The notes: a model not told the origin generated them from the letters alone. A DNA stretch of 32,000 nt from Clostridium lundense DSM 17049 (GCF_000619945.1 NZ_JHVC01000002.1:16098-48097), one strand, 5' to 3'. Positions 1 through 9,142 are shown, numbered from the stretch's first letter. Numbers and translations are program-made.

Positions 1-62
1 CACTCAATAATTTTTGTTGAAAAATGTATAAATTTTTGAAAATCTAAAAATTATTATTAACA

Positions 63-95
63 TTATCCACAGAAATGTGGATAAGTTGTGGACAA
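63..95. promoter_or_regulatory. Cluster of three DnaA boxes
   Basis: TTATCCACA at 63-71 (perfect consensus), TGTGGATAA at 76-84 (perfect, opposite orientation) and TGTGGACAA at 87-95 (one mismatch). All three lie within 33 bp. Confidence 0.6.
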
Positions 96-276
96 CTATT
101 GATATACTATTTTAGTTTAACCAGATTTAAGTAAAATATGTAAAAAAGAATTTTTTTCTAAATAAGTGTATCAAAAATTATAATATTTAAATATTATAAA
201 GTATGTTGCTTCATAGCCCATTTATGCAACTATTTATTAATATTTTTATTAAAATTATACCATGTAAAATTGGTAA

Positions 277-313
277 ATGCGCTTAGTTCATTAGAATTAA
301 GTGCATATTTTTA
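277..313 (+). terminator. Orphan intrinsic-terminator-like hairpin
   Basis: A 13-bp stem, ATGCGCTTAGTTC (277-289) with GAATTAAGTGCAT (294-306), includes 2 G.U pairs. The loop is ATTA and ATTTTTA follows. No annotated gene lies upstream of it in the window. Confidence 0.4.
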
Positions 314-342
314 TAAATAAAAATTATATTTTGAGAATTTTC

Positions 343-371
343 TTAACAATTCGTATATTTTGTGATATCAT
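343..371 (+). promoter_or_regulatory. SigmaA-type promoter candidate for the small ORF
   Basis: TTAACA (343-348), a 17-nt spacer and TATCAT (366-371), with a TG extended -10 at 363-364. Confidence 0.45.
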
Positions 372-387
372 TATAGTATAAAATAAA

Positions 388-576
388 TTGGTAAAGGGTG
401 TGACGAAAGTGAAAGATAACGTAATCTATGTTGATTTTTCAAAAAAGCATAATGGTAAGAGAGGTAATGAAAGTTTTTATAGAAGAATCATAAATAGGAT
501 TAAAATGATTTTTCATTTAAAAGCAGGAGTTCCCACACCTAAAAATGTAATCAATTACAGAAAGAATATATCTTAA
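388..576 (+). CDS. Hypothetical small basic protein (start ambiguous: TTG 388, GTG 400 or GTG 409)
   Basis: A 62-codon ORF with a promoter-like element upstream and a strong terminator downstream. I recognise no family. Confidence 0.4.
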   Translation: MVKGVTKVKDNVIYVDFSKKHNGKRGNESFYRRIINRIKMIFHLKAGVPTPKNVINYRKNIS

Positions 577-630
577 ATACAACAAGCAGTAATATATATA
601 TCAGTGTATAAATATCAGTATATAAATAGA

Positions 631-658
631 AGGCACATTAAGCATATGTGCCTTTTTT
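631..658 (+). terminator. Rho-independent terminator
   Basis: Stem AGGCACAT (631-638) with ATGTGCCT (646-653), followed by a T run. Confidence 0.8.
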
Positions 659-731
659 CTGTAGCTTTTATCATATGATATGTTGATGTATACTTATATG
701 GATAAAATATAATTTAAAAAGGAGAATAAAT

Positions 732-1199
732 ATGAGAATTGGAATGGGATATGATGTCCACAAGTTAGTAGAGAGAAGAAAGCTTATTATAGGAGGAGTA
801 GATATACCTTATGAAAAAGGATTATTAGGGCATTCTGATGCAGATGTATTGCTACATGCTATAATGGATAGCTTATTAGGAGCAGCAGCTTTAGGGGATA
901 TAGGAAAGCATTTTCCGGATAACAATATTACATATAAAGATATAAGCAGTATAAAACTTTTAGAAAAAGTAAATAGACTGATAAGAAGTAGTGGATATGA
1001 AATTATAAATATTGATGCAACCATAATAGCACAAAATCCTAAAATGTCACCACATATTCAGGTTATGAGAGAGAATATATCAAAATCATTAGAAATATCA
1101 GTAGATATGATAAATATAAAAGCTACAACAGAGGAAGGCTTAGGATTTACAGGGAAAGGCGAAGGTATAGCTGCACAAAGTATTTGTCTTATAGAATAA
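732..1199 (+). CDS. ispF: 2-C-methyl-D-erythritol 2,4-cyclodiphosphate synthase
   Basis: [12 protein letters not shown]...[31 protein letters not shown] is the classic IspF signature. The RBS is AAGGAG and the length is 155 aa. Confidence 0.97.
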   Translation: MRIGMGYDVHKLVERRKLIIGGVDIPYEKGLLGHSDADVLLHAIMDSLLGAAALGDIGKHFPDNNITYKDISSIKLLEKVNRLIRSSGYEIINIDATIIAQNPKMSPHIQVMRENISKSLEISVDMINIKATTEEGLGFTGKGEGIAAQSICLIE

Positions 1200-1214
1200 T
1201 AATAAAGGGATAGA

Positions 1215-2246
1215 TTAATCTTCATCTATCCTTTTGCTATTATCTTTTACATTTAATATATCTAATAGGAAAATAAATAATGGTATACCTATGAGTAGCC
1301 CCCATACTCCCATAAAGTGTTCTGATATTATAAGAACTGAAAATACAACAAATACAGGTAAATGGGTTTTAGCTGACATAAACTTTGGATTTAATACATA
1401 ACTTTCTAGTGCATGCAATAAAGTTATCAGTATAATTACATATAATACTTTTGTAAGCCCTCCAATGTTGAAGGCTATTATAGAGAGAGGTATTAAAGAT
1501 ATTATAGTGCCAGCTACTGGTATTAAACCAAGTATAAATATCATCAATCCTAATCCAAGAAGTTGAGGAAATCCCATTATGCTTAAACTTATTATAGATA
1601 GTATAGTGTTTGTAGTTGAAATTAAGATTTGAGCCTGAATTACTTTACCAAAAGAATTTAAAAAGTTTACACCAAAATATTTTGTGTATTGATAAAAAAT
1701 TCTTATCCTACTATTATTAAATTTGTCTAAGAAGTCGCTTATTTCGGCTCTTTCCAGCATAAAAAAAATACTTAAAATAAAGGCTATTACTATATTGAAT
1801 CCCCATCGACCTATATTAGTAGCAAATTTTATTAAAAAATTAGTACTATTTTTTAAATAATCATCAATATTCATGCCTTTAAATAAAGGCATTATAAACT
1901 GCTCTATTTTATATTGTTGAGTATTGATCTTAAATTCACTTAATTCTTTTATAATGTCTGAAATTTGATTTATTATTATAGGTACATATTTATAAACAAA
2001 TAAAGAAAAACTTATAAATAAAAATAAATATAAAATTATAGTAACCAGCTTTTCATTTATGTAAGCAACCTTATTTATTTTTGTAACTATAAATTGCTGA
2101 AGACTATATATAAGGTAAGTTAATAAAAAAGTTAGTAATATTAAATTTAGAAAAGATCTTAATAAATAAAAAAATAAAATCAAAGTTAAAAATACTAAGA
2201 CTCTTTTTACAAAATCCTTTTTCGTTAGACTATTAAACAATCCCAT
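1215..2246 (-). CDS. AI-2E (PerM/YtvI-like, UPF0118) family membrane transporter
   Basis: A 343-aa polytopic membrane protein whose length and hydrophobic pattern are typical of the AI-2E family. Confidence 0.8.
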   Translation of the reverse strand: MGLFNSLTKKDFVKRVLVFLTLILFFYLLRSFLNLILLTFLLTYLIYSLQQFIVTKINKVAYINEKLVTIILYLFLFISFSLFVYKYVPIIINQISDIIKELSEFKINTQQYKIEQFIMPLFKGMNIDDYLKNSTNFLIKFATNIGRWGFNIVIAFILSIFFMLERAEISDFLDKFNNSRIRIFYQYTKYFGVNFLNSFGKVIQAQILISTTNTILSIISLSIMGFPQLLGLGLMIFILGLIPVAGTIISLIPLSIIAFNIGGLTKVLYVIILITLLHALESYVLNPKFMSAKTHLPVFVVFSVLIISEHFMGVWGLLIGIPLFIFLLDILNVKDNSKRIDED

Positions 2247-2424
2247 ATTTTTTTCCCCTTCGTATATAATAATATAGTTTAATTATACATTTAAAAACGT
2301 TTATTTAATATATAAAATGTTATTATTAGTATGCAACTTATTAGATAAAAAATTTACATGATTAAAGGAAATAATATGATGATGTTGAATACTAACTATA
2401 TAAACTTCAAGGAGGTATGTATAT

Positions 2425-2808
2425 ATGAAAAAAGTTATTAGTACAGATTTGGCACCAAAGGCTATAGGACCATATTCACAAGGCATAATGGTTGGTGATT
2501 TAGTATTTGTATCTGGGCAGATACCAGTAAATCCACAAACTGGTGAAATAGTTACAGGAGAAGATACAATTACATTACAAACTCATCAATCATTGAAAAA
2601 TATTAAAAGTATATTAGAATCTCAAGGCTTAGGATTTGAAAATGTATTAAAAACTACTGTTTTCATTACAAGTATGGATGACTTTGCTAAGGTGAATAGT
2701 GTCTATGCAGAATATTTCAAGGAGCCATATCCAGCTAGATCTTGTGTACAGATAGGAAAGCTACCTAAAGGAGCTTTAGTTGAAATAGAAGTTATTGCTC
2801 ACAAGTAA
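2425..2808 (+). CDS. ridA: RidA family (YjgF/UK114) reactive-intermediate deaminase
   Basis: [11 protein letters not shown]...VFVSGQIP...[22 protein letters not shown] is a canonical RidA sequence of 127 aa. Confidence 0.93.
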   Translation: MKKVISTDLAPKAIGPYSQGIMVGDLVFVSGQIPVNPQTGEIVTGEDTITLQTHQSLKNIKSILESQGLGFENVLKTTVFITSMDDFAKVNSVYAEYFKEPYPARSCVQIGKLPKGALVEIEVIAHK

Positions 2809-2825
2809 AGATGGCAGTATTTCTA

Positions 2826-2855
2826 TTGACAATTCTATATTAATATATATATAAT
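2826..2855 (+). promoter_or_regulatory. SigmaA-type promoter for the NSS transporter
   Basis: TTGACA (2826-2831), an 18-nt spacer and TATAAT (2850-2855). Confidence 0.6.
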
Positions 2856-2913
2856 GGCGATTGCAAAGGTAAATTTTAAAAAAATTTTAAATTTACTATT
2901 TGTAGTCGCCATT
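2853..2913 (+). promoter_or_regulatory. Long imperfect inverted repeat or leader hairpin at the predicted transcript 5' end
   Basis: AATGGCGA (2853-2860) pairs with TCGCCATT (2906-2913). An inner near-palindrome GTAAATTTTAAAA/TTTTAAATTTAC adds more pairs. No U tract follows. Confidence 0.5.
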
Positions 2914-2966
2914 AATAGTTATTACATAGATTAATAAACTTTATACAAATAAAGGGGGGAGGGCTT

Positions 2967-4502
2967 ATGGAAAAAGATAATAGAGAACAATGGGGATCAA
3001 GATTTGGATTTATTATGTCAACTATAGGTGCAGCAGTAGGTTTGGGAAATTTATGGAGATTTCCGTTTATGGCTTATCAAAACGGAGGAGGAGCATTTTT
3101 AGTACCTTATTTTGTAGCATTATTAACAGCTGGACTGCCTTTAATGATTCTTGAATTTGGATTTGGTAGTAAAATGAGAGGTGCGAATACTTTGGCATTT
3201 GCAAAGCTAGGCAAAAGGTGGGAGTGGCTAGGTTGGTGGCCTGTTATGATTCCACTTATAGTGGTTACTTTTTATTCTGTTATCATAGCTTGGGGCATTA
3301 ACTATTTCGTATTTTCTTTTACAGGAGCATGGGGAAATGATCCAAATGCTTTTTTTGGAGTAGAATTTTTAAAAATTAGTAGAGGCCCTTGGAATTTTGA
3401 AGGGATAAGGTGGAATATAGCTATTGCAGTAGCATTAGTTTGGTTTTTTAATTATTACATAACACAAAAAGGTATTTCAGCAGGAATAGAAAAAGCTTGC
3501 AAAATAATTACACCAACACTGGCAATATTGATGGTTATAATGACAGTTAGAGGTATTACATTACCAGGAGCAGCAGAGGGATTAAATTGGTTTTTGAAGC
3601 CTGATTTTAGCAAAATCGCCAATGGAAGGGTATGGATATCAGCTTATGCACAGGTGTTTTTTTCAACAACGTTAGCTGTAGGAGTTATGACAGCATATTC
3701 AAGCTACTTACCTCCAAAATCAGATATAGTTAATAATGCTTGTATTACAGTTTTTTCAAATGCCAGTTTTGATTTTTTATCAGGATTATGTGTATTTAGT
3801 ATTTTAGGATATGCAGCATATGCATCTAATCTTCCTATGGATAAAGTTGTGGCAGCTGGTCCAGGAATAGCTTTTGTAGCCTTTCCTAATGCTATAAATT
3901 TAATGCCAGGGGGAGCAGTAGTTAGATCAATATTAGGAGCTATGTTCTTTTTCTGTTTAATAATAGCGGGAATATCTTCAAGTATATCTATGGTTGAATC
4001 TTTTGCATCAGCAGCTTTAGATAAGTATAAAATTCCAAGAGAAAAGATGATAAGAAAAATTTGCTTATCAGGTTTTCTTGCTAGTATGTTATTTTCAACT
4101 TGTTCTGGAATACATCTACTTGATATAGTTGATCATTTTGTATCAAATTATGGAATAGCCCTAATAGGGTTAGTTGAGGCTATAGTGCTAGGTTATGTAT
4201 ATAAGACAGAGCGGATGAGAGTAGAGGTAAATGAATATTCTGATATAAAAGTAGGGCTTTGGTGGGATGCTTTAATAAAATATGTAACTCCAATTTTACT
4301 AAGTTATATGACCATTGATAACATTATTACAGAATTTAAGGCTCCATATGGAGGTCATCCGGCGAGTGCTCTAATTGTATTTGGATGGTTAATTGCTATA
4401 GGTATATTTATTATAGGAGTATACTTAAGTAGGAGACCTTGGCCAGATGAAAATATTCTTAAGATAAATAATGAAATTGAGAATATGGCTTGCAAAAGTT
4501 AG
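2967..4502 (+). CDS. Sodium-dependent transporter, neurotransmitter:sodium symporter (NSS/SNF) family, MetP-like
   Basis: The N-terminal GFIMSTIGAAVGLGNLWRFPF motif is diagnostic of the NSS family. The protein is 511 aa and polytopic. Confidence 0.93.
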   Translation: MEKDNREQWGSRFGFIMSTIGAAVGLGNLWRFPFMAYQNGGGAFLVPYFVALLTAGLPLMILEFGFGSKMRGANTLAFAKLGKRWEWLGWWPVMIPLIVVTFYSVIIAWGINYFVFSFTGAWGNDPNAFFGVEFLKISRGPWNFEGIRWNIAIAVALVWFFNYYITQKGISAGIEKACKIITPTLAILMVIMTVRGITLPGAAEGLNWFLKPDFSKIANGRVWISAYAQVFFSTTLAVGVMTAYSSYLPPKSDIVNNACITVFSNASFDFLSGLCVFSILGYAAYASNLPMDKVVAAGPGIAFVAFPNAINLMPGGAVVRSILGAMFFFCLIIAGISSSISMVESFASAALDKYKIPREKMIRKICLSGFLASMLFSTCSGIHLLDIVDHFVSNYGIALIGLVEAIVLGYVYKTERMRVEVNEYSDIKVGLWWDALIKYVTPILLSYMTIDNIITEFKAPYGGHPASALIVFGWLIAIGIFIIGVYLSRRPWPDENILKINNEIENMACKS

Positions 4503-4516
4503 AAGGGGGAATCTAT

Positions 4517-4624
4517 ATGGAAACTAGTTCGATTATAATGCTTATATTTGGAATTATATTGCTTTATGGAGGATTAGGTTATTTTATATATAGAGCTTTA
4601 AAAGTAGAAAAACAAAAACACTAG
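4517..4624 (+). CDS. MetS-like NSS transporter small subunit (35 aa; absent from the supplied ORF track)
   Basis: METSSIIMLIFGIILLYGGLGYFIYRALKVEKQKH. The GGGGG RBS is at 4505-4509 and the ATG at 4517 lies 14 nt after the transporter stop. It has one TM helix with the xGGL pattern seen in MetS small subunits, and a terminator follows. Confidence 0.6.
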   Translation: METSSIIMLIFGIILLYGGLGYFIYRALKVEKQKH

Positions 4625-4632
4625 ATTAATAG

Positions 4633-4660
4633 AAGCAGGATTATTTTATCCTGCTTTTAT
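4633..4660. terminator. Bidirectional terminator between convergent genes
   Basis: AAGCAGGAT (4633-4641) pairs with ATCCTGCTT (4648-4656), followed by a T run. Confidence 0.75.
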
Positions 4661-4663
4661 AAT

Positions 4664-5419
4664 TTATTTAGAAGCTTCTTCAGTTTTTACAGATGTTTTT
4701 ACTAATTTGTTTATTGTATCTATCTCACTTTGTGTAAGGTATCTCCATTTTCCTATAGGTAGATTTGAAAGTGTTACGTTCATAATTCTTATTCGTTTAA
4801 GTTTAACAACTTTATATCCTAAGGCTTCGCTCATTCTTCTAATTTGTCTATTCAATCCTTGAGTTAGTATTATTCTGAACACAAATTTTCCCTCTTTATA
4901 TACTTTGCAAGGCTTTGTCATTATGTTAAGTATTTTAACCCCAGAAGACATTTCTTTAATAAATTCATTTGTAATAGGTTTATCAACAGTAACTATGTAC
5001 TCCTTCTCATGGTTGTTTCCAGCTCTTAAAATTTTATTTACTATATCGCCATCATTTGTAAGAAATATAAGTCCTTCTGAATCCTTATCCAATCTTCCTA
5101 TATGAAATATTCTTTGGGGATAATTAATAAAATCGATAATATTACCTTTTATCTTTTTTTCAGTAGTACAGGTTATACCCACAGGTTTGTTTAGAGCTAT
5201 ATATACTAGTTTAGGTTTTTTACTTATAATCTTACCATTTAGCTTTACCTCATCACCAGGAAAAACCTTTGATCCAGTAAGGGCAATTTCATCATTTATT
5301 GTAACTTTGCCATCTGCTATTAATTTATCAGCTTCTCTTCTAGAGCAAATACCTTTTTCACTAATAAATTTATTTATTCTTATTGAATTTTCATTATCAT
5401 GTTGAATGTTATTATTCAT
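4664..5419 (-). CDS. rluF: RsuA/RluF-family rRNA pseudouridine synthase with an S4 domain
   Basis: An N-terminal S4 domain ([21 protein letters not shown]) and the catalytic motif [12 protein letters not shown]. Confidence 0.88.
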   Translation of the reverse strand: MNNNIQHDNENSIRINKFISEKGICSRREADKLIADGKVTINDEIALTGSKVFPGDEVKLNGKIISKKPKLVYIALNKPVGITCTTEKKIKGNIIDFINYPQRIFHIGRLDKDSEGLIFLTNDGDIVNKILRAGNNHEKEYIVTVDKPITNEFIKEMSSGVKILNIMTKPCKVYKEGKFVFRIILTQGLNRQIRRMSEALGYKVVKLKRIRIMNVTLSNLPIGKWRYLTQSEIDTINKLVKTSVKTEEASK

Positions 5420-5447
5420 ATAATAATAAACCCCATTTCTAGTAAAG

Positions 5448-6773
5448 TTAATTTTTATTATTCTTTATATATTTATTATTTATTATGAAATAGAAAATTG
5501 ATCCTTCGTTAATCTTACTATTAACTCCATACTGAAAGTCGTGAAGCTTTAGAATTTCACTACATATTGCCAATCCCAACCCCATTCCACCACTTTCAGA
5601 ATGTTTATAATATCTATTCCATATTTCAGATAATTTATTTTCTTCAATACCAAGTCCATTATCTTTAACGGATATAATTATATCACTATTATTATACTTT
5701 GAGGATATATCTATGGTTGAATTATCCGGACTGAATTTTATAGAATTATCAATAAAGTTAAAAAGAACTCTTTCTAGGGCATTCTTATTTCCATAAATAT
5801 ATATATTTTTATTATTCAACTCAAAATTTAAATTGATTTTAATTCCCCTTTTTTCAGCTTTAGTGAGAAACCTATATAAACAAGAATAAAGAAGATCATA
5901 TAAGTTTATATAATCTTTATTTAATTTATGAATTCCTTCCTGAAGTTTAGATAGTTCTAATATATCTATTACTAATGAGTTAAGTTTATCTACTTCGTTT
6001 ATAATTTCTTTGGAATATTTTTTAGCTTCATCAAGAGAAACTAGACCATCCTCTATAGCTTCACTATAATTTCTTATTATACTTAATGGTGTCTTAAAAT
6101 CATGAGAAACATTAGCAATAAAGTCTCTTTGTAGTGAGTATTTTTTCTCTAAATTTAATGCCATGTTGTGAAGGCTTAAAGATAAATCTTCTATCTCATC
6201 TCCAGTAGATACCTTTATATCCGTGGAAAAATTTCCGTTGGCAATATCATTTGAAGCTTTTTGAAGCTTTAATATAGGGTAAGTAAATTTTTTGCCTATA
6301 AGAGATATAAATGGAATAGATAATATTAAGGCTAATAAAAATACAGCAGTTAATATTATATATGTTATTTTTAAATATTCAGAAACAGTTTTTATATTTT
6401 GAAATACTACTATTTCCCCTAAATCTGTATTTAATTTATAATATAAAAACTCCTCATTCATTCCATTTCTAAATGTACCCTTTTCGTTGAGAGTATCTAT
6501 ATTGTGTATAAAACCCATCATGCCCATCCTACCTTTGCCTAGCATAAATATTGATTTATTTTTTATAATGAAGCCGGGTATATCAATAGTGTTTAGTGAT
6601 GTACCATTTTTAATAGAATCATAGGCACTTTCACATTTGTTTTTTAAATCATTATATTGTTGTGCTATATAAAACTTTGATAAGAAAATACTGCTGCCCA
6701 TAAAACATAAAGTAACCACAATAGTTATCATAAAAAAGAAATTTTTAATAAGTTTTTTTGTTATTTTTTCCAT
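5448..6773 (-). CDS. Sensor histidine kinase (2 TM, HAMP, HisKA, HATPase_c)
   Basis: The H-box is [13 protein letters not shown]. The N and G boxes are NFIDNSIKF and DNGLGI...GGMGLGLAI. Confidence 0.9.
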   Translation of the reverse strand: MEKITKKLIKNFFFMITIVVTLCFMGSSIFLSKFYIAQQYNDLKNKCESAYDSIKNGTSLNTIDIPGFIIKNKSIFMLGKGRMGMMGFIHNIDTLNEKGTFRNGMNEEFLYYKLNTDLGEIVVFQNIKTVSEYLKITYIILTAVFLLALILSIPFISLIGKKFTYPILKLQKASNDIANGNFSTDIKVSTGDEIEDLSLSLHNMALNLEKKYSLQRDFIANVSHDFKTPLSIIRNYSEAIEDGLVSLDEAKKYSKEIINEVDKLNSLVIDILELSKLQEGIHKLNKDYINLYDLLYSCLYRFLTKAEKRGIKINLNFELNNKNIYIYGNKNALERVLFNFIDNSIKFSPDNSTIDISSKYNNSDIIISVKDNGLGIEENKLSEIWNRYYKHSESGGMGLGLAICSEILKLHDFQYGVNSKINEGSIFYFIINNKYIKNNKN

Positions 6774-6794
6774 AGTGTACTTCCTCCTAGGGAG

Positions 6795-7457
6795 TTATAT
6801 TTCAAATTTATATCCTACTCCCCATACAGTTTTTATGTTTTTTTCACAAAAGGTTATTTTCTCTCTTAAATTTTTTATATGAGTATCTACTGTTCGAGTA
6901 TCACCAACAAAGTCATATCCCCAAACTTTATCTAAAAGTTGACTACGATTAAAAACTTGGGAGGGATTTTTACATAAAAACAATAATAAATCAAATTCTT
7001 TTGGTGTTAAGTTTATAGTTTCATTATTGTCCAAAACCTCCCTTTTTTCCTCATTTATAATTAAACTACCAAAAGCTAAAGATTTATTTCTATGGAAACA
7101 TGCATTTATTCTTAAATTCACTCTAAGGACTAGCTCACGCATGCTTAAGGGTTTTACCATATAATCATCTGCACCTAGTTCAAGTCCAAAAATTCTATCA
7201 TCCTCTTCACCACGAGCAGTAGTAAGTATTACAGGAGTATTAGAAATAGATTTTATTTTTCTTAATAAGAACCAACCATCTTTTTTGGGCATCATAACAT
7301 CCAGTATAATTAAGTCAAAGATATTACTTTCTATGATTTTTTCCCCTTCCTCACCATCATAAGCTGTAAAAACTTCATAGCCTTCTTTTTTTAAATATAA
7401 ACTCATTACATCTGATAATTTTTTTTCATCTTCGATTATAAGAATTTTATTTTTCAT
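6795..7457 (-). CDS. OmpR-family response regulator (start moved to MKNKILIIEDE)
   Basis: A receiver domain (ILIIEDE...DLIILDVMMPKKDG) plus a winged-helix C-terminus (TVWGVGYKF). AAAGGA lies 7 nt upstream of the ATG at 7457. The track start at 7481 has no RBS. Confidence 0.9.
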   Translation of the reverse strand: MKNKILIIEDEKKLSDVMSLYLKKEGYEVFTAYDGEEGEKIIESNIFDLIILDVMMPKKDGWFLLRKIKSISNTPVILTTARGEEDDRIFGLELGADDYMVKPLSMRELVLRVNLRINACFHRNKSLAFGSLIINEEKREVLDNNETINLTPKEFDLLLFLCKNPSQVFNRSQLLDKVWGYDFVGDTRTVDTHIKNLREKITFCEKNIKTVWGVGYKFEI

Positions 7458-7640
7458 AATTTTTATCCTTTCTATATACATATATTATTAGAAATTATAT
7501 CAATTATTATATAAATTTTATTGTAATACTTATATAATGTTATTAGGGAAAAATATATGAATAATTTCCCATAGAAAAATTATAGAATATTCTATATAAT
7601 TATGATATGGAATAATTTTTTCATCAGGAGGTAATTTTTA

Positions 7641-9137
7641 ATGAAAATAGTAAAAAATACTGTGGTAGCTTTGGCAATTACTAGTACCATGTTTGCAGGT
7701 AGTGTATTTGCATCAGATAGTGGAATTAAGGAGTTTGAACCTAGGACAAGCATATCTACGGATAAAAAATGGACAATACAATTTAATTTTAGCTTGAATA
7801 AAGAAACTATTAATAGTGATAATATAATTGTAACAGATATAAAGGGAAATAAAATAAAAGCTTATATAGCCCCAGGAGAAAATGATAAAAGTGTTGTAGT
7901 GACCCCAAAAACAGAGGGATATGTTCCAGCTCAGGCTTACTATTTAAATTTAAGTACAGGAGTACAATCTGCAGGAGGAAAAAAATTAGTACAACCAGTT
8001 AGGATGAAGTTTACTATAGCAGATAGATACTTAGACACTTCTAATTATGAAAATTTACCTAAGATTACAGACCTAAAAATGCAATATGAACCAATGCTTC
8101 CTAATCAAAAACAAATCTTTTATATAAATTCCTCAGCAGGCTCACAGACACAATACAGAATATATGTTAGCAAATATACATATAAAACAGATAGTTATGG
8201 AGCTTATGAAGAGATAACCAATGGGTATACATATGCTAATGATGGAAAGATAACTTCCAATAAATTTTTTGATGCGGGAGAAAATGGGGAAAAATATAAA
8301 GTCCTAATATATGTAAAAAGACCTAATGTAAAGGGAGCACAATTGGATGATAATACAGACTTTGATAACTATTATATAGATTATTTTAGATGTGTTAAAA
8401 GTATTAGTGATAAGGGTGTTACTAAGGTGAATTATGATAAAGGGTTACAGGAAGTTTTAAATAGCCAAATAAAACCTGGAGTTTCAGTAACAGATGAAGG
8501 GCCGTCTTCTTGGGTAGGTGCAAGCAATAATCAAATTAAGTATTATTTAAATCCAAATAACTTTATGGACGAATCCGGAAAATATATGTTTTTAAAATTA
8601 AATTATATAGATGATAGTATAACAGAGCAAGATTTAAACAATATACTTAAAGGAAGAGGTACACTAGAGAATACAGGTAAAGCATTTATACAGGCAGGTA
8701 AAGATAATAATGTAAATCCTGTATATTTGGTTGCTCATGCTATACATGAAACTGCTAGTGGAACATCTAAACTTGCTAGTGGTATTGAAGTGGACGGGGC
8801 TGAAGGTAAAAAGAAAGTTTATAACATGTTTGGAATAAAGGCTATTGATTCAGATCCAGAAAAATATGGCTCAGAGTATGCTTATAGTCAAAAGTGGTTT
8901 ACCCCAGAAGCGGCTATAATAGGTGGAGCTAAATTTATAGCAGAAAAGTATGTAAATAATCCTAAAGAAAAAAGAGATACTTTATATAAAATGAAGTGGA
9001 ATCCGTTTGCGCCTGGAAGTTATCAATATGCAACAGATATAGGCTGGGCATATAAACAGGTGCAAAATATTAAGACTTTACTTGCTCAATGTAAAAATCC
9101 TACTTTAGTATTTGAAGTACCGGTATATAAGAAATAA
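7641..9137 (+). CDS. Secreted cell-wall hydrolase: signal peptide, Ig-like (SbsA-type) domain, central domain, C-terminal GH73 N-acetylglucosaminidase
   Basis: The signal peptide ends in VFA-SD. The C-terminal NPVYLVAHAIHETASGTSKLA...YNMFGIKA...GWAY pattern is typical of GH73 (LytD/FlgJ-type glucosaminidase). Confidence 0.82.
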   Translation: MKIVKNTVVALAITSTMFAGSVFASDSGIKEFEPRTSISTDKKWTIQFNFSLNKETINSDNIIVTDIKGNKIKAYIAPGENDKSVVVTPKTEGYVPAQAYYLNLSTGVQSAGGKKLVQPVRMKFTIADRYLDTSNYENLPKITDLKMQYEPMLPNQKQIFYINSSAGSQTQYRIYVSKYTYKTDSYGAYEEITNGYTYANDGKITSNKFFDAGENGEKYKVLIYVKRPNVKGAQLDDNTDFDNYYIDYFRCVKSISDKGVTKVNYDKGLQEVLNSQIKPGVSVTDEGPSSWVGASNNQIKYYLNPNNFMDESGKYMFLKLNYIDDSITEQDLNNILKGRGTLENTGKAFIQAGKDNNVNPVYLVAHAIHETASGTSKLASGIEVDGAEGKKKVYNMFGIKAIDSDPEKYGSEYAYSQKWFTPEAAIIGGAKFIAEKYVNNPKEKRDTLYKMKWNPFAPGSYQYATDIGWAYKQVQNIKTLLAQCKNPTLVFEVPVYKK

Positions 9138-9142
9138 TATAA

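Noticed and set aside
601-628. Tandem 14-bp direct repeat, TCAGTGTATAAATA followed by TCAGTATATAAATA, between the small ORF and its terminator
   Set aside because: There are only two AT-rich copies, in a 3' untranslated position, with no obvious function. It is likely a local slippage duplication.
809-1024. Antisense or shadow ORFs from the six-frame track: 809-1024(-), 2301-2486(-), 4905-5105(+), 5187-5405(+), 9574-10110(-), 10927-11277(+), 11503-11706(+), 13876-14088(-), 15499-15684(-), 18497-18700(-), 18817-19191(-), 19349-19654(-), 19889-20167(-), 25978-26172(-), 28328-28585(-), 29328-29639(-)
   Set aside because: Each lies wholly or mostly inside, and opposite to, a confidently identified gene. 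Each has a low-complexity composition rich in Leu, Ile, Ser and Phe, as expected from reading AT-rich coding DNA backwards. None has a convincing RBS.
6795-7481. N-terminal extensions in the ORF track for several genes: RR 7481, tatD 16461, rsmA 19359, mrp 24129, GGDEF 25709, the 199-aa protein 21625 and the zinc-ribbon protein 9516
   Set aside because: In each case an internal ATG sits at proper spacing from a strong GGAGG-type RBS and matches the conserved family N-terminus, while the upstream start has no RBS. Coordinates were trimmed accordingly.
7581-7596. Perfect 16-bp palindrome TATAGAATATTCTATA overlapping the autolysin promoter -10 element
   Set aside because: It consists almost entirely of A/T. 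A rough estimate gives a few such 8+8 palindromes per 32 kb of ~28% GC DNA by chance. It is noted under the autolysin finding but is not called as an operator.
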